A stretch of DNA of 58,196 nt, filler included, from Sphacelaria rigidula (taxonomy: Eukaryota): assembly GCA_964200075.2 (NCBI GenBank). It is 8 parts of 8 records of this genome, joined end to end, with 100 filler letters (N's around TTAATTAATTAA, not from the genome) between each part and the next. Parts side by side here need not be neighbours in the genome. Positions count along the whole stretch, not along the records: positions 43,725 to 50,910 come from CAXNAA020016069.1; positions 51,011 to 58,196 come from CAXNAA020016070.1; 6 more parts are not named here. One strand, 5' to 3'. A program made the translations under genes and the position numbers. Numbering within the stretch: the first letter of the stretch is position 1; each line of letters starts with the position of its first letter. A model generated the notes under the pieces. It saw nothing but the letters and a program-made list of their open reading frames with translations, searched no databases and had not been told where the DNA came from. Positions 50,201 to 58,196 of the stretch are shown piece by piece.

Positions 50201-53200
50201 TGAGCTTTACAGCTATTCTGCGAACGAGCCCTTGTTGCCCTCCCCCCCCTCCCGAAAACGACCCCCCCCCCCCCTCTTTTTGCCCCATGGAAACCCCTCC
50301 CTGTCCCTGGACTGTAAACCGGTGAACTTGTTCCGAAGCGACGCTCGCAGTCTGAAGAATAAGGTCGCCCAGCAGTAGTTCGAGATCTAACATGAGATTC
50401 CAGGATGACAGAGGAGGTTGGCTGGAACGGAGATGACCACATTCAAGAAACATCCCTTGCCCGGATGCATATCACCCTACCGTAGCATGTGGTGAACAAG
50501 TCGCCAGTCCTAGACTAGCTAGGTAAGGAACGGCATGCAAACATGTTTGATGATGCAGGTACCTACCCTACTTTCGCGGTTGAAAGCATAGACCTGGATG
50601 GACACGAAACCAATCTCACCTAGGAAGTCAACTCTAAAGCGGAGAGAGGAGCAATGTAGGGAAGCTGGAGGCAAAGGAAGTGGGCTCGAGTGTCGGCTAT
50701 TGTGAACAACACGGAGAAATCCGATTCCGCGCCCACAGGTTGACCTCTGCATTGATTAAGTAAAATACATTGAATTAAATTACGTATGTTGTCAGTCATT
50801 TTCTTGGTTACGAACAGCAAAAAAATCAAAGGGCAATGGCCTAGAAAAGGTATACTTTCTCGTTTTTTGCCTAAGAAAGGTACAAAAAATGGCCAGAAAC
50901 GCGAAAACAGNNNNNNNNNNNNNNNNNNNNNNNNNNNNNNNNNNNNNNNNNNNNTTAATTAATTAANNNNNNNNNNNNNNNNNNNNNNNNNNNNNNNNNN
51001 NNNNNNNNNNTTGACATGAACTTTTCATTGTCCATTTCCATGCACGATGTGTATCGGTGGCATGAACCAAAATTTATCGTTACCGACAAGTGCCCATCGG
51101 TGTAATATTTCACACATCATTGCCAGTAAAGATATATATCGATGAAAACATCACCCAGGACATTGTTTCCAGCAATGGATATGGACAAATATATGTTGGA
51201 GTCATTGTTCTCCACAATGGATATCAATATGATCATCACCGTAGCTATTAGTGCAGCAATAGACCATTACCATGTCTATTGTCCAGGGTGTGAAAGGTTG
51301 TTTCTAGCGAGGTTCGAGCCCTGCACTACCCTAGAATCCAGTGTAACTGATCCGCGGTGTCGACGCGCGATTAAGCTAACCAGCGAATCGTTCTCCAGTC
51401 TAACTGAGATCCCGGGAAAACGCTAGCAACCGTACTTGTCTGCTGTTTCTGTCGTTGGAAAGGGCGCTATATATATTTTTCCTTTCCCAACGGATGGGGT
51501 TTTCCCCTGCCTTACAGGGTTTACCTATTCATTAGATATGGAGTTTTCCCCTGCATTGTAATTTAGCAGGTTTTTCTCGTTTTATCTTCAGGTGTTGATG
51601 CACAGACTCGGTTTTTTTTTCGGCCCCTCCAGCCCATATATCCTTTTTGTTTAGCCTGATATATGAGACTGGGGGCATGTCATGGATTTTTTGGTTATTT
51701 TCCAGTCGACTAGGCTCATGTGTCATACTTTTGTCATGCTTTGTGTCGGATTATCTACCCATGTCCTCACAGAGCTTTTAGGATTGATCCCAGCACGTAC
51801 AGCAGCCTGTCGCCGACAATACAAGAAGCATTTACGCCATCCATGAACTGCGATATCAGAGGTGTCGCTGGTCTTCGTCTAAAGTAAGCCTGACTTGCCT
51901 GCAGCTGGTGTTGCCTCGAGCATGCGCTGCAGGTGGAGACTTAATTTGAACCATCTTGCATCCATAATCATCATCGAACTCGGTCGGATCCTGGTGCTTA
52001 CATGTCTTTTGAGATGACTACTCGGGTGCCCACGAACTGGCACTCTTCACCTCTAGACATCCACCACGTGATTCGTGACACACGCGCTATGGTGCACTAT
52101 GCGTGAACTCCACCCGTATCCAAACACACTTGCCGGCCAAGATGCCTCCCCCATCACAAGTTGCCACACTACGACTGCTGGCCCGTGGGGACCGGGACGT
52201 GTCCTCCGGTGTAATCTAATTCATCCCTCTGGGTCCAGTCACCTGGGCAACGCAGTCCCAGTCGGAGATGTTAGCGGCGTCTTTCCCTCGGCAGCGTTAG
52301 TGAGACAACACCGATACCGCTCCCGTCCCTCCCGGATCAACCAGAAAGTCGATGTTGCCCTGGTTCGGGTCCCTACGGGGTGCATTCTGGCGCTGTTATG
52401 GAAGGTACCCACCAACTTGCCATGGCGCACCGCGGACATGGCCTGCTCCTTCGTCGGGTTCCTGCGCGAACCCAGCCCAGCTCGGATGTGCGTAAATCAG
52501 TGCTCAAGAATGTCCTGCATGTTACGCAGAGGAGATCATTCACACCTGAATTGGGCGAACGATAGCAACAATCAACTCTCATGGACATGCACCGACATGG
52601 AGCGGAAAGCGTGGGACATCTACGGCGCGATGTCGTGAGCACATACCTTCGGTGCTATCGCGCAGAGTCGGCGACGCTTTGGTCGCTATTTGGGCAATTG
52701 TCAAAACCGTTATACCGCTTGCATTTTCGCCAGAGTCCGTTGGCGGCGTGATTTCGTCAACCAGGTGGCAGCACATGTTGCATTTCTGAAGTGCATCTTC
52801 AGCTACACGGGATTTTGGCGAAAATGCGAGCGGTATACCGGTCTTTCGACGATTGCCCTTCACGTTTGGTGCAGCACCTGTAGTACAACAGTAAAGAACA
52901 GTACAGAACATGACAGTACACTACAGCCCTACATATACGGACCACTTCACCCCAATACAAATGGTAAGCGATACAACACACATACACGATACACGACACG
53001 AAGTCTACAAGGGCATGAAGTCTGCAGAACAATAGCACCAAAGTGCGGGACAATTGGGCTCACTTCTCGTGCCTAAAAACCAGCGAAAATGAGGTCTCGT
53101 TTCACCGTCTGGTAGGGTCGTGGGTGATGCCGCAAGATCCTGCAAAGGTTAATTTCAAGATTACACGCCGTTCTCCACACTGCACGGGTCGATTGATCCC

Positions 53201-54097
53201 AAATTTTGCACAGCGTCGGCCAACTATATAGAGAACGAGATGGCGCAGGCGTTGCAGACCTTTGATCAAAGGGACTCGGATGCACTCGCTTCTAGGAGGG
53301 GACATACGGGTGTCGACGGCTGTCTGTAGAGTGTACACCTGCCGCTGGGGGCACCGACCTTGCCACTCACCGGATGAAATGAGGAGATTCCACTTGCTCA
53401 GATGTTTGCAAACGTAGCGCAGTTGCTCCTCGTCACTTCTTGCGGTCCCTCGTTGGCTGCAACTACTGCGCTGGTGGCTGTAGTGCATCGCACCCGTCGG
53501 CCAAACTGTTGTCCATGCCCCGTCTACGTTGTCATGTTCTAACGAAAAAAAACGCTCCATCACCATGTGATGGATGATGACGAAAAACGACACAAGTGCA
53601 CACCCTATGGTAGATATGTCATACCCTTTGCTCTACCCGAGAGTTTCGGTGAATTCTGTCAGCTTCCCTTACCGTACCCGACAACTTTTGTAATTTTCGT
53701 AAGACTTTCTAACCGGTACCCGACAATTTTATAATTTCTGTAAGACTTTTATACCGATACCCGGTATTTCTGTAAGATCTGTACGTAATCTCATACCCTA
53801 CAGGACATACCTGTACTCTAAAAAACCCAATCTTGCAATGAGAGATGTTGAACGGATGACATCCCGTTACGACCGCGGAAATAAAACCCAAGCTGCGATC
53901 GCCCCGGTGACAAATCATTCGCAATTATTTCCATATCCACTTGTCACGCCGAAAGCCGACTGTAAGTGCCTGTCCGCCGATCCACCATCTCACGACTAGA
54001 AACTCTTCACTGAGCCGGTTGACGCCTGTAACTCACATGTGCACTCAATCAAGTGTCGGGGGTTGGTAAGTACACGCTTCATACGTTTTCTTAGGAA

Positions 54098-54160
54098 AAT
54101 GTGACATCCCCGACAAGCCAGTTGTTCCAATGACATCCCCGACCAGCCAATTGTTCCATT
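54098..54160. repeat. Tandem duplication of ~29 bp
   Basis: TGACATCCCCGAC.AGCCA.TTGTTCCA twice. Confidence 0.8.
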
Positions 54161-54539
54161 GGCAACACAAGAGTTGTTCCTAACAAAAATAGACGCCGGG
54201 GTGCTGCTACAGTACTCACAACAAAGCAGCACCAGATAAAGGGATGTTCTGCAGTACGTTTTACGAGTGCCAATCAACAGGACAGGCATTACAGTGTTCA
54301 TACCCGCTGCACCAAAACAAAACACTTGGGCGACCTACTTCCACGAAGCACTTGGTTGAACCAATAACAGAACTCCGGCGCCGGCATCATCATGGTCACA
54401 CAAGAACAGCTGCACCCTGTCGGAACGACACGCACGAAAGCCGGGGCTGCCGCGGCGTATCTGAATATACCACCGAGCTCTTCAGGCAGAACTGGCGCTG
54501 AGCTACAGATCGGCGTGCAGCGAGCATATCATCATCACT

Positions 54540-56264
54540 CTATCTCGCGTTCGTGTTTATACTACTTACGCAAGGGGGGGGAAACGAAGGCAAAACTGCC
54601 AGCTCCATCTTCAGGCCTTCCTCTTTCCCATGAAACACCACCGTATCGACAGCAGCGTCTTCTGTCCGAAGGTGTTCACGAACAATCGACGGCGTCCTGC
54701 AAATCCGTTTCTTCATTCTTCCATCGCAATTATCGCTGGAGTTACAGCCAATCGTGCTACTCCCACCTTCATCAGAGCAGGTGGCCCTGCCAACACTCCT
54801 TGGCAACCTCTGCTTGGAACACTGAAGGGGAGCAGACGGTTCCAATTTCACCCTCGTGTGCGGCCGTTTCCACAAAGATTCTTCGGCACCCTCGGCGGGC
54901 TGCGGCGGCGCGGTACCAACAAGTTCGGAACTCACGAGCGAAACAGGGCCGAACCCGACATCACCCGTACCATCCTCATGACTAGTGGAATATTTGGGTT
55001 GTCCGTCCTTGGTGGAACTTTCATCGAAGACGTCTCCATGATGCCCTCGTCCGGTTGCTCGAGATACGGCATGTTGGCATACGTCAACATATTCGTCGCC
55101 ATCAACGCGATACACACACCGATTCAAACAGCCCTCGGTGCCACGCGTCTTTCTCTTTACACTAACCATCCCCACCCTCGCGTGATCGGCACAGAACTGC
55201 GCCTTCCGGCTTCCCGCCACACCAAACGATGGTTGTTTGGAGCAGCCCTCATTTCCGCACTTCTTGCTCGCTACATTGACCATCCCTTCCCTGGCGTGAT
55301 CAGCACAGAACTCCGCCAACCGGCTTCCACCTACACCGTAAGATGGACGTTTGGAGCAGCCCTGATTGTCGCACTTCTTGCTCGCTACATTGACCATCCC
55401 TGCCATGGCGTGATCAGCACAGAAAACCACTTTCCGACTGCCCGCTACACCGTACGATGGTTGTTTGGAGCAGCCCTCTTTGCCGCACTTCTCGCTCCTT
55501 ACATTGACCATCCCTGCCCTGGTATGATTAGCACAGAACTCCGCCTTCCGGCTTCCCGCTATACCGTACGATGCTTTCTTGGAGCATCCCTCGTTGCCGC
55601 ACCTCTTGCTCACTACATAGATCATGTCCGCCCTGGCGTGATCAGTACAGAACTCCGGCTTCCGGCTTCCCGCTATACCGTATGATGGTCGTTTGGAGCA
55701 GCCCTCGTTGCCGCACGTTTTGCTCCTTACATCAACCATCCCTTCCCTGGCGTGATCAGCACAGAACTCCGGCTTCCGGCTTCCCGCTATACCGTATGAT
55801 GGTCGTTTGGAGCAGCCCTTGTTGCCGCACGTTTTGCTCCTTACATCAACCATCCCTTCCTTGGCGTGATCAGCACAGAAAACCGCTTTCCGACTGCCCG
55901 CTACACCGTACGATGGTTGTTTGGAGCAGCTTTCGATAGCGCACTTCTTGCTCGCTACATTGACCATCCCTGCCCCGGCATGATTAGCACAGAACTCCGC
56001 CTTTCGGCTTCCCGTTTTACCGTACGATGGTTGTTTGGAGCAGCCCCCGTTGCCGCACTCCTTCTTTTTCACATTGACCATCTCCACCTTCGCGTGGCCA
56101 GCACAGAATTCCGCTTTCCGACTTCCTGCTATACCGTACGATGGTTCCTTCCAGCAGCCATCTTTGCCGCACCCCTTCCTTACCGTTTTCACCATCCCAA
56201 TCCTGCTCCCCGGCACCTCCTGATGCTGCCCGAGAATATGCAACGGATTCAAAAGCCGGGTCAA
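54540..56264 (-). CDS. EsV-1-7 cysteine-rich repeat protein (9 full + 1 degenerate 38-aa repeats, unique C-terminal tail); 5' end uncertain
   Basis: Repeat C-x4-C-x-K-x-PSYG-x2-GSRK-x2-FC-x2-H-x3-GMV-x-V with a 114-bp period matches the EsV-1-7 motif of brown algae and Ectocarpus siliculosus virus 1. Confidence 0.93.
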   Translation of the reverse strand: MTRLLNPLHILGQHQEVPGSRIGMVKTVRKGCGKDGCWKEPSYGIAGSRKAEFCAGHAKVEMVNVKKKECGNGGCSKQPSYGKTGSRKAEFCANHAGAGMVNVASKKCAIESCSKQPSYGVAGSRKAVFCADHAKEGMVDVRSKTCGNKGCSKRPSYGIAGSRKPEFCADHAREGMVDVRSKTCGNEGCSKRPSYGIAGSRKPEFCTDHARADMIYVVSKRCGNEGCSKKASYGIAGSRKAEFCANHTRAGMVNVRSEKCGKEGCSKQPSYGVAGSRKVVFCADHAMAGMVNVASKKCDNQGCSKRPSYGVGGSRLAEFCADHAREGMVNVASKKCGNEGCSKQPSFGVAGSRKAQFCADHARVGMVSVKRKTRGTEGCLNRCVYRVDGDEYVDVCQHAVSRATGRGHHGDVFDESSTKDGQPKYSTSHEDGTGDVGFGPVSLVSSELVGTAPPQPAEGAEESLWKRPHTRVKLEPSAPLQCSKQRLPRSVGRATCSDEGGSSTIGCNSSDNCDGRMKKRICRTPSIVREHLRTEDAAVDTVVFHGKEEGLKMELAVLPSFPPPCVSSINTNAR

Positions 56265-58196
56265 AGATTGTCAAGTGTTTATCAAATGCGGCATACAGTA
56301 CTTCGAGAAAAATGGTGAGTGCGGGCTGTTTATATCTCGCATGGGCCTTCACTATGTGATAAGCCCGGGCAGGCCTTTGCTCTGTCGAACGTTTCATTTC
56401 CAAACGTGGTGCTGCCGATTCGTGGAGAGCTTTGCAAAACCCTACATATTTCCTTCACTGAATTTGCCACTGGATTGCGCAACCCATTCAAAAAAGCAAC
56501 ACAGACGCACGTCACACGCCACGGCCAAACACCGGCAGTATGGGAGAATGGTATCGATCGAAAGCACACACTACAAGCTTGATATATTCGTTATTGGAAG
56601 TTGTAAGATCTCAAGCCTCCACGAGAAATTCGTAGCCCACTCTCTGTTGCAGTCAGTTATGCTACGCAGAAAGCTTGACAAAATCAAATGTATGTGTATC
56701 ACAAATGTCTTCGCCTGCGGAAACCTCTTCCACTAAACTTGAGTCATTTTGCGCGTTTGGAGTGACATGGTTGAGAGGGTGGTAACGTCCTCGTCGTGAG
56801 TAGCATCCTGCAAACTTCTGCGTTAGTACGTGCTACCGCTGTTGTTTTGCGTATTGACACAACCGGTCGACGACTCCGGGCCTCAAAAGGTAGGCAGGTT
56901 TCTCGGCGACTGGTGACCACCAAACCTTTTGTTTCCGCAACACCCACTGACATGCTTGCAACCAATTAGTACCGAAAATTGTCGACTAAGCACGCGAAAC
57001 TACAATACGAAAAACACGGGGTAGACAACCGAAGTTGATTTTTCCACGAATGAGTCGGGAATCCTACTAAAATTATACGGAATCCTAATCTACTCTCGGT
57101 CAATTTCGATCCATCTTGCAAGCGAAAGCTTAGGAAGACGGCATACCAAAGGAGAGGCGATCGAAACGACTGGTGACGAGAACAAGAGCAACAAACGTTG
57201 GAATATCTACCTCTTCATGCGAGAACCGAAAGTCAGTGCCTTGCTGAATGCTAGACCTACTCAGCACACTTGACCACGAGATGGTGGGGGTAAGCTATAC
57301 ACTTCGAAATGTACGATAATAACGCGGCCCAAGTTAACTTGTTGAAGGAGAAGTACGTATCGGTGTCTACCGAGTCTACTGACTGCGAACTGTCCATTAC
57401 GTCGGCAAGTTGCCCAGTCACGGTATGGCTTGAGCGGTGAAGCCCATGCTTGAAAACATTCATTTCGCGGTGGCTGGAAATTCTAAAAAGCTCAGGTCTC
57501 GCCTCAGAACCAATACATAATAATCCTAACAAATTCCGGTCGACAGCTCATGACGCATGCATGGCCACATCACCTACGCCCAACAAGTACACGTCCTTGA
57601 CGAAGCCATAATGGATTGTGTCATGTACTTGAAGTTCCTCCACAGTATACCTCAAGGGTTGATGCCGAGTTTGCGAATGAAAATGGCTTCAAATGTGCAC
57701 GGAGAGACACCATATGCACTGCCCTCCGTGTGTGTCACGATACATTATATTATTTATATAAGGTTCCTCGCCGGCCTTCGGCCGGCAGCGGTCCCTTTTT
57801 TAGCGGGTCACGGCTGACGCGTTATAAACAGTCAAGCCCTCGTGTTTCGTTGTGTAAATGATTGTTCGAGAACCATAAAAGGTTCGGCGCTGGTTTGGCA
57901 GGAGGGTTGGCGGGGAGATGGCCGTCACTATGTGATTGTAAAAAATGAAGAGTGTGAGGAATGGTATCGGGTGCATCGTAAGAAACTTAGACCCGAGTTT
58001 AAGTGTCGGCGGTACATTTTTCTCATGTAATTTGTGTCGAAGCATAAAATAAAGAACAACGCCGCATGACAAAAATAAACACGATTTGTGGTGTCGGAAA
58101 GCAGTGTTCTAAAATAGCAACGCTTAAAGTGGGGGGGGGGGGGGGGGGGGGGGGGAAGATTTGTACTGGTGTTTTGGTGTTGAGGAAAAAAGTATT

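Noticed and set aside
54630-55685. 351-aa + strand ORF and other repeat ORFs overlapping the EsV-1-7 gene
   Set aside because: Antisense shadows of an in-frame 114-bp repeat.
18727-56264. Apparent immune/viral cluster of the NLR gene and the EsV-1-7 gene
   Set aside because: They lie on different contigs concatenated by size; proximity is artificial.
54540-56264. Endogenous phaeovirus insertion
   Set aside because: No other viral genes flank it; EsV-1-7 repeat genes are a resident brown algal family.

Overview
Eukaryotic nuclear DNA, most likely from a brown alga (Phaeophyceae, Ectocarpus-like). This is inferred from an EsV-1-7 repeat gene, short exons in long repeat-rich introns, and the repeat content. 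The window is not one locus. It is eight unlinked, size-sorted contigs of 7186-7188 bp joined by artificial 100-bp linkers (44 N + TTAATTAATTAA + 44 N), so nothing across a linker is physically linked. Supported genes: (1) a spliced NLR-like STAND gene with an intact NB-ARC and an N-terminal helical domain resembling MLKL/RPW8/HeLo-type four-helix bundles; (2) an EsV-1-7 cysteine-rich repeat protein; (3) two exons of GatB; (4) a probable TPR-protein exon; (5) a 3.4-kb low-complexity exon; (6) a Ser-rich ORF. The rest is mostly non-autonomous mobile DNA: two tRNA-derived SINE families, two LINE-like 3'-end families, TTAA-flanked piggyBac-like MITEs and foldback elements. It also holds a head-to-tail array whose junctions form palindromes (one a perfect 62 bp) and a near-identical inverted repeat pair bracketing about 6.3 kb.
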